The position numbers and the translations under genes are program-made. Source: an uncultured Spirochaetales bacterium (lineage in GTDB: Bacteria > Myxococcota_A > UBA9160 > SMWR01). From it: a DNA stretch of 64,000 nt. Below the pieces are notes generated by a model. That model was given only the letters and a program-made list of their open reading frames with translations. It was not told the DNA's origin and ran no database searches. The first letter of the stretch is position 1; each line of letters starts with the position of its first letter. Positions 8,080 through 17,350 of the stretch are shown here, piece by piece. Location of the stretch: positions 7,713 to 71,712 of the forward strand of contig CAZBSV010000078.1 in the NCBI GenBank assembly GCA_964494795.1. Reading direction: 5' to 3'.

Positions 8080-9519
8080 CTAGTCGTCTTCAACCGTGAG
8101 CACCTGGATGGTGCTGGTGCTGCCCGTCGTCTGGCTGATTCCCGCCGTGACCACGACGTCGTCGCCGGGGCGGATGCAGCCGATATCGCGCCCGTGTCGG
8201 ATCGCGAAGCGCACCATCGCTTCGTCCGAGCGTTCGCCTTCGAACAGCACGGCCGTGATTCCCCAGTTCATTGAGAGTTTGCGCTGCACGTCGGGCGAGA
8301 CCGTGACCGCGAGGATCGGACAGGTCGGTCGATATTTGGACATCGCGCGAGCCGTGAAGCCGCTCTCGGTGAGCGTAATGACGGCGGCGGCGTTGATGCG
8401 GTCCGCCAGCGTGATCGCGGCCTGGCTGACCGATTCCGTCACGACGTTGGCAATCTGTGGCAGGATGTGCTGGAGGTGTCCGTACTCGCCGAGCTTTTCC
8501 TCCGCGGCCAGTGCGAGAGTCGCCATCGTGCGCACGGCCTCTACGGGATAGCTCCCCTTGGCGGTTTCGCCCGAGAGCATCACGGCCGAGGTTCCGTCGA
8601 AGATCGCATTCGCGACGTCGCTCACCTCGGCACGGGTCGGAATCGGGGAGTGGGTCATCGAGTCGAGCATCTGGGTGGCTGTGATGACGGGTTTTCCGTT
8701 CGTGACGGTGGTCCGAATGATCTTCTTCTGGATCAGCGGAACCTCCGCCAGCGGGAGTTCCACGCCGAGGTCTCCGCGCGCGACCATCGTGCCATTGGCG
8801 ACCGTGACGATCTCCTCGAGGTTCTTGACGCCCTCGCTGTTTTCGATCTTGGCGATGATCGGAATGTTGGCGCCCCTTTCCTGCAGGAATCGTTGGATTT
8901 CGATCACGTCGGCTCCGCTGCGGACGAACGACGCCGCGATGTAGTCGACTTTGTGTTCGATCGCGAAGAGCAGATCTTCGCGATCCTGCGGGCTCATCGA
9001 TGCGACGCGCGACAGCGCCTCTCCGGGCACGTTGACGCCTTTTCGGTCCTCGAGTCTACCCCCGCGCGCGACGCGGCAGTGGATGTCGCCGTCTGCGATC
9101 GACTCGACGCGCAACTCCATCACACCGTCGTCGATCAGGATGGCGGCGCCCGCCGAGATTTCGTCCGCGAGGTCGCGGTACGAGATCGAGACGCCTCGCG
9201 AATCGCCGAGCCGGTCTTCCCGGTACAGGACGAAAGCCTCGCCGACGTTGAGTGTGGCCGCGCCGCCTTCCACGCGGCCGGTGCGGATCTCGACCCCCTT
9301 GGTGTCGAGCATGATTCCGACGTTCGCCGAAAGCTCGTGGGCGGCCTGCCGAATGCACTCGAGCCGCTTGCGGTGCTCTTCGTGGGTTCCGTGCGAGAAG
9401 TTCAGGCGCGCGACATTCATGCCGGCCCGGATCATGGCCTTGAGGGTATCGATCGAATCGCTCGCGGGTCCGATCGTGGCGATGACCTTGGTCTTTCGCA
9501 GCACACGTTTGCGGGCCAT
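8080..9519 (-). CDS. pyk: Pyruvate kinase
   Basis: MARKRVLRKTKVIATIGPASDS...NFSHG...MVARGDLGVE are canonical PK motifs. A GGAGG site lies 6 nt upstream of ATG 9519; an alternative ATG is at 9525. The upstream part of track ORF 8080..9858 is not coding. Confidence 0.93.
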   Translation of the reverse strand: MARKRVLRKTKVIATIGPASDSIDTLKAMIRAGMNVARLNFSHGTHEEHRKRLECIRQAAHELSANVGIMLDTKGVEIRTGRVEGGAATLNVGEAFVLYREDRLGDSRGVSISYRDLADEISAGAAILIDDGVMELRVESIADGDIHCRVARGGRLEDRKGVNVPGEALSRVASMSPQDREDLLFAIEHKVDYIAASFVRSGADVIEIQRFLQERGANIPIIAKIENSEGVKNLEEIVTVANGTMVARGDLGVELPLAEVPLIQKKIIRTTVTNGKPVITATQMLDSMTHSPIPTRAEVSDVANAIFDGTSAVMLSGETAKGSYPVEAVRTMATLALAAEEKLGEYGHLQHILPQIANVVTESVSQAAITLADRINAAAVITLTESGFTARAMSKYRPTCPILAVTVSPDVQRKLSMNWGITAVLFEGERSDEAMVRFAIRHGRDIGCIRPGDDVVVTAGISQTTGSTSTIQVLTVEDD

Positions 9520-9625
9520 CTTCATCCTCCGTGGGGCGAATGATCCGGGATTCCAGATCCCCGCGCCAGCGGCGCAGTCGATTCGATTCTCGGGCAGTCG
9601 CGGGCGTTCACCCGCGCATCGCGCT

Positions 9626-10558
9626 TCAGTCGCAGGACGCGGAGCCCGACTCTTCGAAGTTCTCGGGTTCGATCTGGATCGTGGCGTGCGCGATTCCGAA
9701 GCGTTCGACCAGGAGATCTGCGATCTCTCGGAGCAGCGAACCGGTATCGAAGCCGGTTTGCGCGACCACGTGGCCCGAAAGCGAAACCATGCCGCTGCCA
9801 ACCGTCCAGACGTGGAGGTCGTGGACGCCGAGCACCGCGCGCAGTTCGGCGATGGCACGCCGAACTTCCTCTACGTCGATATGGGCGGGCGCGTGTTCCA
9901 TCAATACGGCGAGCGCCTCGCCAAGCAGGCTCCACGACGAGTAGATGATCATCAGGCCGATCAGCACCGACGCGGCCGAGTCCGCCCAGTTCCAGCCGAA
10001 GGCCCAGATCAAGGCGCCCGCGGTGATGGCTCCGACGCTTCCGAGCGCATCGCTCATGACGTGCAGCCATGCGCCGCGCACGTTGAGGTTTTCCTTCCGG
10101 CCCGCGTGCAGGACCAGAAGTCCCGCGATGTTGACCAAGAGTCCGCCGAAAGCGATCGCGAGCATGGCTGCACCGCGGATTTCCACGCGCGCGAAGGCGC
10201 GGCCGTAGGCTTCGCTGAAGATATACAGGGAAATGCAGACGAGCAGGATCCCGTGGCCGAGGGCCGCGAGGATTTCGGTTCGCTGGTAGCCATAGGTGCG
10301 CTGGGGGGTGGGCGGACGCTGGGCGATCTGGATGGCGATGGCGCTCATTGCGAGCGCGAATACGTCGGAGAGCATGTGGCCGGCATCTGCGAGCAGCGCG
10401 AGTGAACCCGTGAACAACCCGCCGATGAACTGCGCGACCATGTAGCTGGCTGTCAGCGCGAGCGCGATCAGCAGGCGTCGCTGATTTCGAGTCGCGCTGG
10501 CGTGGAGGTCGCATCCGCTCACGGCGGTCAGATCGTAGCGGCTGGAGGCCGATCTCAA
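9626..10558 (-). CDS. Cation diffusion facilitator family transporter (CzcD/ZitB-like)
   Basis: SLALLADAGHMLSDV, six TM helices and a C-terminal cytoplasmic domain with a His/Asp-rich end. The TTG start at 10558 is uncertain (alternative GTG at 10522). Confidence 0.88.
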   Translation of the reverse strand: MRSASSRYDLTAVSGCDLHASATRNQRRLLIALALTASYMVAQFIGGLFTGSLALLADAGHMLSDVFALAMSAIAIQIAQRPPTPQRTYGYQRTEILAALGHGILLVCISLYIFSEAYGRAFARVEIRGAAMLAIAFGGLLVNIAGLLVLHAGRKENLNVRGAWLHVMSDALGSVGAITAGALIWAFGWNWADSAASVLIGLMIIYSSWSLLGEALAVLMEHAPAHIDVEEVRRAIAELRAVLGVHDLHVWTVGSGMVSLSGHVVAQTGFDTGSLLREIADLLVERFGIAHATIQIEPENFEESGSASCD

Positions 10559-11049
10559 CGCGCCTCGACCACGAAGGTCAGGCTCTTGTCGAACTCCAGC
10601 TGGCTACTCTCGAACTCGAGCTCGTAGGCGTAGATTCCGCGCTCCGCTTCGCTCGGAAGATGCACGACCGCGTCGACCACCCAGCGACCGGGTTTGATTT
10701 CATACAGCGGATCGGTTTGTTCGACGATCGGCTTGCCCTTGAAGCGGATCCGGGTCGAGAGCTCGCCCTGAACGACCTCGGTGGGATGCTGCGGGCACAT
10801 CACGTACACCAAGCGGTGACCGAAGTCGCCACCCGCATATACGGTCGCCGGCATCAGTTCATTTTTCTCGACGATGAAAAAGGGCCTGCTCTGGTTCTCG
10901 CAGTCGTATTCCTGCGAGACCACCTCGGGGAAGGCCTCGAGCGACTCCCCCGGATCCCGGAAGTGCTTGATGACCGACCAGCGCGCGCTCGCGCAGCCCA
11001 GACAAAGTGCCGTCGCGACACACGCGATCACTGCCGTTCGATGATCCAT
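10555..11049 (-). CDS. Hypothetical lipoprotein
   Basis: [22 protein letters not shown] has a signal peptide and a lipobox-like LGC. A GGAGG site lies 6 nt upstream of ATG 11049. Trimmed from track ORF 10555..11490. Confidence 0.6.
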   Translation of the reverse strand: MDHRTAVIACVATALCLGCASARWSVIKHFRDPGESLEAFPEVVSQEYDCENQSRPFFIVEKNELMPATVYAGGDFGHRLVYVMCPQHPTEVVQGELSTRIRFKGKPIVEQTDPLYEIKPGRWVVDAVVHLPSEAERGIYAYELEFESSQLEFDKSLTFVVEAR

Positions 11050-12470
11050 CCTTGACCTCCAGCGCGCTCCGAGTCTTGCGCTGGCGTTTCCGCAGGACTT
11101 GGGTTGGGTGGTGTCGCCACTGACGACGCCGACGGTTTTCGAGCGTTCACCCGCACGGCGGGTGCGGGCGAAGCCGCGGCGTCGCGCGGCATTGGCTCGG
11201 CGGCGTCGGGAGCTTCTTGTGCGAGGCTCGATCCTGGATCGGAGCCGGTTGGCGCGCGCGCCGATTCGGTTAGCACGGCTTGCGAGATCTCCACCCAGTC
11301 GAGCGCGGCCGTCGTGTCTGTGCGGCTCGCGGGGGTTCGGCCGAGTACCAGCAGATTGATTCCGAGCGCGAGCGCAAACACGGCCACTGCCAGCAATGCG
11401 CGCTTGTCGTGCGCGATCGCGAGCATCTCGCGCAGCCGGGAAGGTGCTCGGTCGAGTCGCGTGGCGTCGACCCGGGTGGGCCGGATGCAATTGATCGTGG
11501 AGTCGTCCGTGGCGTCGCCTTCACCCATCAGGCGAGTAGACTCGACGCTGTGGTCGCTGCGCGCTGCGGGCGAACGGCCGGGCGGGATGGGAAGCAGCGC
11601 GGAATCTTCGATCGGCGCGAGTGCGCACTCGTCGAGTGCTGCCTTGAATTCGCCGGTCGTCGCAAAGCGGTCATCCGGGCTCTTCGCGAGCGCGCGCAGT
11701 ACCGCGCGCTCGAGCTCTTCCGGGAGGTTCGGAACGAAGTCGCGCGGCGAAGGCGCTGGCGACTCGATGTGAGCCTGCATCAGTTCGTAATCGTTCTTGG
11801 ACCGGAAAGGGACCCTTCCCGTGACGAGATCGAAGAGCAGCACGCCGAGCGAATAGATGTCGGAGCGCGCATCCGTTTCCTGCCCCTGAACCTGCTCGGG
11901 CGACATGTACTGCAACGTTCCGACCAGGTGTCCGTGCCGGGTGAGGCGCGAACTGCCGAGCGCGCGCGCAATCCCGAAGTCCATCACCTTTACCACGCCC
12001 TTGGTGTTGAGCATGATGTTCGAGCCCTTGATGTCCCTGTGGATGATTCCGTGCTCGTGCGCGAAGCCGATGCCGTCCAGAGCCTGCTGGAACCACGGCA
12101 CGGCGCGGTTCGCGCCAAGCGCGCCCGATTCCCGGACGATCTCGGCGAAAGTGCGGCCCTCGACGTACTCCATCACCATCCAGATTCCGTCGTCACCGAC
12201 CACCATCGCGTACAGGGTCGCGATGTTGCTGTGGTTCAGGCGCGCGAGCACCTGGGCTTCGGAGCGAAAGCGCGTGAGCACCTTGGACTGGGTCGCGAGG
12301 TCCGCGCGCAGCGCCTTGATGGCCACGGGTCGTTCGAGCAGCGTGTCCGTGGCGCGGTAGACTTCTCCCACGCCGCCTTCGCCGATCTTCTCTTCGAATC
12401 GATAGTTGCCGACGATCTTGCCGATCACCGAGACCCCGTCACGCCGACGCAGCTGAATCGCATCCGCCAC
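11028..12470 (-). CDS. Hanks-type serine/threonine protein kinase with a TM segment and low-complexity tail
   Basis: GEGGVGEVY...[23 protein letters not shown] motifs. A predicted TM helix ([18 protein letters not shown]) follows the kinase domain. Confidence 0.92.
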   Translation of the reverse strand: MADAIQLRRRDGVSVIGKIVGNYRFEEKIGEGGVGEVYRATDTLLERPVAIKALRADLATQSKVLTRFRSEAQVLARLNHSNIATLYAMVVGDDGIWMVMEYVEGRTFAEIVRESGALGANRAVPWFQQALDGIGFAHEHGIIHRDIKGSNIMLNTKGVVKVMDFGIARALGSSRLTRHGHLVGTLQYMSPEQVQGQETDARSDIYSLGVLLFDLVTGRVPFRSKNDYELMQAHIESPAPSPRDFVPNLPEELERAVLRALAKSPDDRFATTGEFKAALDECALAPIEDSALLPIPPGRSPAARSDHSVESTRLMGEGDATDDSTINCIRPTRVDATRLDRAPSRLREMLAIAHDKRALLAVAVFALALGINLLVLGRTPASRTDTTAALDWVEISQAVLTESARAPTGSDPGSSLAQEAPDAAEPMPRDAAASPAPAVRVNARKPSASSVATPPNPSPAETPAQDSERAGGQGWIIERQ

Positions 12471-12608
12471 TGCTATCGGACGCCGGGAGAGGGGCCTTGA
12501 CGCAAGCGGTCGGCGTGGGAGCCCCGCGGGGAGAGCGTTTCGTCGGGTGCCTGGGTGTTTTCGCGCAACGCCGTTCAGTGCCGCTGCCGTCGGGCCGATC
12601 CGGAGCAG

Positions 12609-13559
12609 ATGTTGCTCGATTTAATCGGCATGCTGCTGCTGGCTTGGTTCGCGTGGGCTGGTGGTCGACGCGGTGGGCTCGCGGCGGGGCTCGGACTGTT
12701 CACGCTGATCGTCTCCTACGGCGCCGCGATCGGCATGGCGCCGATTCTCGCGACTCCCGTGGCAAGCGCGTTCGGTCTGGTGGATCTGCTCGGGATTCCC
12801 GTCGCCGGCACGCTCGCGTTCGCAGTCGCGTTCGTCGCGATGGCCCTGCTGTCGAAGTTCGTGTGCCGCCGGTTCGAAGGGCTGGGCGAGGACGGACGCA
12901 GCGCTCGGGATCGTTTCCTAGGGGCTGCGTTCGGCGCGGTCCGCGGTGCGTTCGTGGTGGCGCTGCTGTGTTACCTCGCCGTCTGGGTCGAGGCGCTGCG
13001 GCTCTCCGGCGCCGCGGAGGGAATTCCAGAACTGGGCCATTCCGTCGCCGCCGCGGTGACGTCGACGCTCGTGGAAGCCGGAATCGAGACCGCGCTCGCC
13101 GACTCCGGTCGCGCGGGACAGGTCGTTGCCCGGCTGGCCGCGAACCCCGGTGCGGCGGTGGTCGACCTTCAGGCGGTGGTCGCGAACCCTCGGTTCGTCG
13201 CGGTCCAGCACGATGCGCAGTTCTGGGCGAACGTCGAGGCCGATGCGATCGGAGCGGCACTCAACACGCGGAGTTTCATCGATCTCTCGGAAGACGAGGA
13301 ACTCCGCCGGCAGATGGCGTCCGTCGGCATGATCGACCAGGAATCCGCCGAGCAGGCGGATCTATTTCGCGCAGCCGTCGGAGACGTGCTTCGCGAAATC
13401 GCTCCCCGACTTCGCCGGCTGCGAACCGACCCCGAGATCAACGCCTTGCTCGACGATCCCGAAGTGCTTGCGATGGTCGAATCCGGCGACACGCTCGGAC
13501 TGATGAATCAACCGCGATTTCGCCGGTTGGTTTCTCGCGTGGTGTCGGATCCGCTCTAG
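12609..13559 (+). CDS. cvpA: CvpA-family membrane protein with a long C-terminal extension
   Basis: [22 protein letters not shown]... followed by 4 TM helices typical of CvpA. The start was moved to ATG 12609 within track ORF 12555..13559. Confidence 0.65.
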   Translation: MLLDLIGMLLLAWFAWAGGRRGGLAAGLGLFTLIVSYGAAIGMAPILATPVASAFGLVDLLGIPVAGTLAFAVAFVAMALLSKFVCRRFEGLGEDGRSARDRFLGAAFGAVRGAFVVALLCYLAVWVEALRLSGAAEGIPELGHSVAAAVTSTLVEAGIETALADSGRAGQVVARLAANPGAAVVDLQAVVANPRFVAVQHDAQFWANVEADAIGAALNTRSFIDLSEDEELRRQMASVGMIDQESAEQADLFRAAVGDVLREIAPRLRRLRTDPEINALLDDPEVLAMVESGDTLGLMNQPRFRRLVSRVVSDPL

Positions 13560-13620
13560 GAGCTCGAACCCGGAACGGGTTCGAGGTGCGCCGCAAGGGA
13601 AGCGAAGCTTCCCCCGCTAG
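13556..13620. repeat. CTAG-bounded ~60-bp double-hairpin element, copy A
   Basis: Hairpin 1 is CTCGAACCC-GGAAC-GGGTTCGAG (13563-13585). Hairpin 2 is GGGAAGC-GAA-GCTTCCC (13597-13613). A near-identical inverted copy lies at 20800-20864. The terminal CTAGs contain the stop codons of both convergent genes. Confidence 0.85.
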
Positions 13621-14312
13621 TCGACGAGCGCGCTGCCGCGCTCGGGTTGATGGCTCGCGCTTCGAGTCGGTTGACGCAGAGCATCCGGGCTGACGAGCCC
13701 CGCGGACATCACCAGCTTGAACGCATCCTCGACCGAAATATCGATTTCGATCAGTTCTTCGTCGGGAATCAGCAGGAAGAATCCGGAAGTCGGGTTCGGG
13801 GTCGTCGGCACGAAACAATTGACCATCGCCTTTCCCGTCGCATCCTCGACCACACCCTTTGAGGTGCCGGTCGTGAACGCGAGCGAATAGATGCCCTTGC
13901 GCGGAAATTCGACCAGCACGACGCGACGGAAGCGGGAGCTGTGGGCCGAAGAGGTGAAGATCGCCTCGACCAGTTGTTTGACGCCGCCGTAGATGCTCCG
14001 GGCGAACGGCACGCGCGCGAGCAGTCGCTCCCAGGCGCGCTGGAGTTCGCCGCCGAGCAGGTGTCGGGCGACGACGCCGAGCAAGAGGATCACGACGAAC
14101 GTGAAGAGAATTCCGAGCAGCGGGATCGAGGGCGGATCCTCGATGCCGGGCAGGATGAGTTTGATGAACCGCGGCAGCAGCAGGTTGTCGAGCCAGACGA
14201 TGATCGAGCCGATCGCCCAGATCGTGACGCCAATCGGCGCGAAGAAGAGGATTCCCGCGACGAAATAGTGCCGGATGGCGTCACGGATGAATGCGAAGAA
14301 TCTCCGTCGCAC
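13617..14312 (-). CDS. DUF502-domain membrane protein
   Basis: The N-terminal TM pair and the conserved ...VPTTPNPTSGFLLLIP... motif are characteristic of DUF502. Confidence 0.8.
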   Translation of the reverse strand: MRRRFFAFIRDAIRHYFVAGILFFAPIGVTIWAIGSIIVWLDNLLLPRFIKLILPGIEDPPSIPLLGILFTFVVILLLGVVARHLLGGELQRAWERLLARVPFARSIYGGVKQLVEAIFTSSAHSSRFRRVVLVEFPRKGIYSLAFTTGTSKGVVEDATGKAMVNCFVPTTPNPTSGFFLLIPDEELIEIDISVEDAFKLVMSAGLVSPDALRQPTRSASHQPERGSALVD

Positions 14313-14520
14313 CTTGTTTGCTCGACCTCCTCAGCGCAGCGCGGTGGGTCCGCCATGGTATCGGAATCCGCGCGTCGCGAACTGAAGCGCAGGGCTCGCG
14401 AGCCTAGCGGCTCCGCCGGAAGTTTCGCCCGGGCACCTCGGAGCCCCGCGCTCGCGCGCGCGGTAAACTCTCGCAAAAGCGCTGCGCGCGAGCCGACGCG
14501 GGCGCTTCCGCGGAGTTGCC

Positions 14521-14647
14521 AATAGACTTAAGCCTGCGATGGAAATTTCAGAATAGACATTAAGCCTGCGATGGAAGTTTCAGAATAGACATTAAGCCTG
14601 CGATGGAAGTTTCAGAATAGACATTAAGCCTGAGAGGGAAGTTTCAG
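14521..14647. repeat. Four head-to-tail 31-32-bp AT-rich direct repeats
   Basis: AATAGAC(A)TTAAGCCTGCGATGGAAGTTTCAG x4 (units at 14521, 14552, 14584, 14616) with no spacers. The array ends 56 nt upstream of the exosortase start. Confidence 0.95.
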
Positions 14648-14703
14648 CGTAGATTGAGTTTTTCGCTCGATCGGTCGATCGATGATCGCTGCCAGGAGCG
14701 AGC

Positions 14704-15546
14704 TTGACGCAAATCGGTCGCGAGATCCGAAGCTCGGAGTGGTGGGTGGCGGGAGCGCTGCTCGCCGCGTTCCTGCCCGCGCTGATCGCGCTGATCGGCG
14801 TCTGGATGTCGATCGACTACTACTCCCACGGTTTTCTGGTTCCGCTCGTCGCGTATTGGGCCGCGGCGCAAAGCCGGACTCGGTTTGTAATTCTCGACGA
14901 TCGCGAGCGCCGCGCGGCGATCGCAGCGATTGTGGTTGCGCTGCTCTACGCGTTGGGACTCGCCGCAGCAAGCGTCTCTCTTCAAGGCTTGGCGCTCGTT
15001 GCAGCGGTCGCGACGTGCGCGTTCTACCTCGGAGGCGCTCGCGGTTTGCGGGTGCTCGCGTTTCCGCTCGGCTTCTTGGTGTTCATGCTGCCGCTGCCAG
15101 CGGATTGGCTGACGCCGCTGATCGTCAATCTCCAACTGTTGGTCAGTTCCGCCGCAGTCGAACTGCTCGGATGGTTCGGCTCGGCGGTCGTTCGACACGG
15201 CAACGTGATCGAACTGCCCGCTGGCGATACACTGTTCGTCGCTGAAGCGTGCAGCGGCATCACGTCTCTCGTCACACTCACGCCACTCGCCAGCGTGCTC
15301 GCCTATTTCACCGAGAAAACGCTCGCACGCCGACTGACGATCATCCTCGCGGTCGTGCCCGCGGCCATGCTTGCGAACTTGCTGCGGGTCGTCGTGACGG
15401 TTCGAGCCGCGGAGCGCTACGGCGTCGAAGCAGCGACCGGGAACTGGCTACACGAGTCGGCTGGACTGTTCACCTTTGCGCTCGCGTGTCTCGCGCTGAT
15501 CGGCCTCGGAGCCCTGATGCGGCGCCTCGCACCGACTCGCGCGTGA
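14704..15546 (+). CDS. Exosortase (EpsH/Xrt family transpeptidase)
   Basis: YSHGFLVPLV motif, catalytic-Cys motif EACSGITSL, later conserved N..LR and H residues, polytopic membrane topology. TTG start. Confidence 0.85.
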   Translation: MTQIGREIRSSEWWVAGALLAAFLPALIALIGVWMSIDYYSHGFLVPLVAYWAAAQSRTRFVILDDRERRAAIAAIVVALLYALGLAAASVSLQGLALVAAVATCAFYLGGARGLRVLAFPLGFLVFMLPLPADWLTPLIVNLQLLVSSAAVELLGWFGSAVVRHGNVIELPAGDTLFVAEACSGITSLVTLTPLASVLAYFTEKTLARRLTIILAVVPAAMLANLLRVVVTVRAAERYGVEAATGNWLHESAGLFTFALACLALIGLGALMRRLAPTRA

Positions 15547-16610
15547 CTCGAGCCGAGCCGCTTCCGCGCTCGCTCGCCGAGCGCACCAAGGCGCTCGCGT
15601 TGGCGGTCGGCTTCGACCTCGCGGGCATCGCGGAAGCCGTGCCGCACCCCGAGACCGAATTCCTGCGCGAGTGGCTCGCGAGCGGCTATGCGGGCGAAAT
15701 GGCCTACCTGGAACGCCGCGTCGAAGAGCGCGTCGATCCGCGTCGACTAATGGATGGCGTGCGCAGCATCGTGGCGGTCGCGCTGATCTACGACCCCGAA
15801 CTTCCCGCGGACGCCTCGCCCCACACGGCCGCGATCGCGCGTTACGCGGGCGGCGAAGACTATCACGACGTCATGCTCGATCGGCTTCGAGCGCTCGAGT
15901 CGGGTCTGGCCGCAATGGTCGGCGCGCCGATGGCGAGCCGCGCCTACGTCGACACCGGACCGGTTCAGGAGCGCGTGTTCGCCGCGTACGCGGGGCTCGG
16001 CTGGATCGGCAAGAACAGCTGCCTCATTCATCCGCGCCACGGCTCCTACATGTTCTTGGGTGTGCTCCTCACCGACCTCGACCTCGAGTTCGACGCGCGC
16101 GCGCCCGACCACTGCGGAACCTGCACGGCCTGTCTCGACGCTTGTCCGACCGGAGCGATCACGGCCCCCTACGAGCTCGACGCCACGCGCTGCATCTCGT
16201 ACGCGACCATCGAAGCGCGCGGGCCGATCCCGGAGTCGATGCGCGCCGACCACGGGAACTGGGTGTTCGGTTGCGACATCTGCCAGGAGGTCTGCCCGTG
16301 GAATTCGCGCGAGCGCCGGAAGCCGCCGCCCGACCCGTTCGGACTTCGGGCGCGCATCGCGCCCGGCGAACAATGGGTTCGGCCGTCGCTCGAGTGGATC
16401 CTCGACCTCGACGAAGAAGCCTGGCGCGCCGCCACGCGAAAAACCGCCCTGCGCCGAACCCGCTACCGAGGCCTGATGCGCAACGCGCTCGTCGCAGCCG
16501 GCAACGCGCGCGACCTCTCGCTCGAAAAATCGATTCGCCGCCACCTAGGCAACCCCGACCCCCTCATCGCCGAACACGCCCACTGGGCGCTCTCCCAACT
16601 CCCCCTCTAA
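15543..16610 (+). CDS. queG: Epoxyqueuosine reductase
   Basis: ...YAGEMAYLERR..., the 4Fe-4S ferredoxin motifs CGTCTACLDACPTGA and CDICQEVCPWN, and a HEAT-like C-terminus. GTG 15543 overlaps the exosortase stop (GTGA). Confidence 0.9.
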   Translation: MTRAEPLPRSLAERTKALALAVGFDLAGIAEAVPHPETEFLREWLASGYAGEMAYLERRVEERVDPRRLMDGVRSIVAVALIYDPELPADASPHTAAIARYAGGEDYHDVMLDRLRALESGLAAMVGAPMASRAYVDTGPVQERVFAAYAGLGWIGKNSCLIHPRHGSYMFLGVLLTDLDLEFDARAPDHCGTCTACLDACPTGAITAPYELDATRCISYATIEARGPIPESMRADHGNWVFGCDICQEVCPWNSRERRKPPPDPFGLRARIAPGEQWVRPSLEWILDLDEEAWRAATRKTALRRTRYRGLMRNALVAAGNARDLSLEKSIRRHLGNPDPLIAEHAHWALSQLPL

Positions 16611-16660
16611 CCCCCCGCGTACTCAACTCCCCGCAAGCCCACTGATCTCCAATGAGAAGA

Positions 16661-16820
16661 CGACCCGGCCAAGCCAAACCGACCCGGCCACGCCGACCCG
16701 ACCCGGCCAACCAATCCGACCCGGCCACGCCGACCCGACCCGACCAAGCCAACCCGACCAGGCTAACTGGGCCCCGGCTGGTGGCGCCGTCTATTTATCC
16801 AAACGGAACTGCCCGGGCAG
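16661..16820. repeat. Composite intergenic repeat, locus 1: ~19-bp tandem units (CGACCCGGCCAMGCCRAMC x6) plus the shared core CGACCAGGCTAACTGGGCCCC...GTGGCGCCGTCTATTTATCCAAACGGAACTGCCCGGGCA
   Basis: The core recurs inverted at 19700-19812 and in part at 25989-26020. Its 3' part overlaps the last 8 codons of the methyltransferase gene. Confidence 0.85.
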
Positions 16821-17346
16821 TGATGCGCGCCACCTGCGCGTTTTCGCCGCCGCCGCTGAGGCCTTCCCAATACTCGAGGATTTCGAGCCCGCCGCAGAGT
16901 TCGCGCAATTCGCCGGGCTCGAGCAGGTAGTCGGGGTTGCGCGGGCCGCTGCCGAGTTCGCGCTGACGGACGCTGAAGGTTTCGTAGATCAATACGCCAC
17001 CGGGCGCGAGTGCGCGCGCGATCGCGGGGAACAGTGGGCGGTGGAGGTAGCGGAACACCAGCACCGCGCCGCAACAGCGCGGTCGGAGCGGAATTTCGGC
17101 GGGGTTTTCCAGGTCAGCGCAGAGGGTCTCAAGCGCGAGGCGGCGCTGCGAAGCGGCTTGGCGAAGTTCCGCGAGGAAGCTTCGGTTGCGGTCGATCCCA
17201 ATCACCCGAACGCCGGTCGCCGCAGCAGCGAGAGCGTGGCGCCCGCGACCGCAGGCGATGTCCACGACCACGCCGAGTCGGGCGGCGTCGCGGATGCGCG
17301 AGAGTTGAGCGTTGAAGAATTCCGACGGCGGCGATCGCTCGGGCAT
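16795..17346 (-). CDS. Class I SAM-dependent methyltransferase
   Basis: Motif I VVDIACGRGRH, then VIGIDR, and a post-I/II pattern typical of small Rossmann-fold methyltransferases. Confidence 0.8.
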   Translation of the reverse strand: MPERSPPSEFFNAQLSRIRDAARLGVVVDIACGRGRHALAAAATGVRVIGIDRNRSFLAELRQAASQRRLALETLCADLENPAEIPLRPRCCGAVLVFRYLHRPLFPAIARALAPGGVLIYETFSVRQRELGSGPRNPDYLLEPGELRELCGGLEILEYWEGLSGGGENAQVARITARAVPFG

Positions 17347-17350
17347 CAGC

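Noticed and set aside
7718-8274. Track ORFs 7718..8083+ and 7777..8274+, with periodic VRWFRVRFVG-type sequence.
   Set aside because: They are simply translations of the 20-bp tandem array (20 is not a multiple of 3, so the frame rotates). There is no coding evidence.
14521-14647. A possible CRISPR array (also considered for the 20-bp array at 7938-8077).
   Set aside because: The repeats are directly adjacent with no unique spacers, no cas genes are nearby, and the unit lengths and architecture do not fit CRISPR.
16652-16930. A Pro/Thr/Arg-rich 92-aa ORF that looks like a proline-rich protein.
   Set aside because: It is a translation of the ~19-bp tandem repeat units of the composite intergenic repeat, and it runs antisense into the methyltransferase gene.
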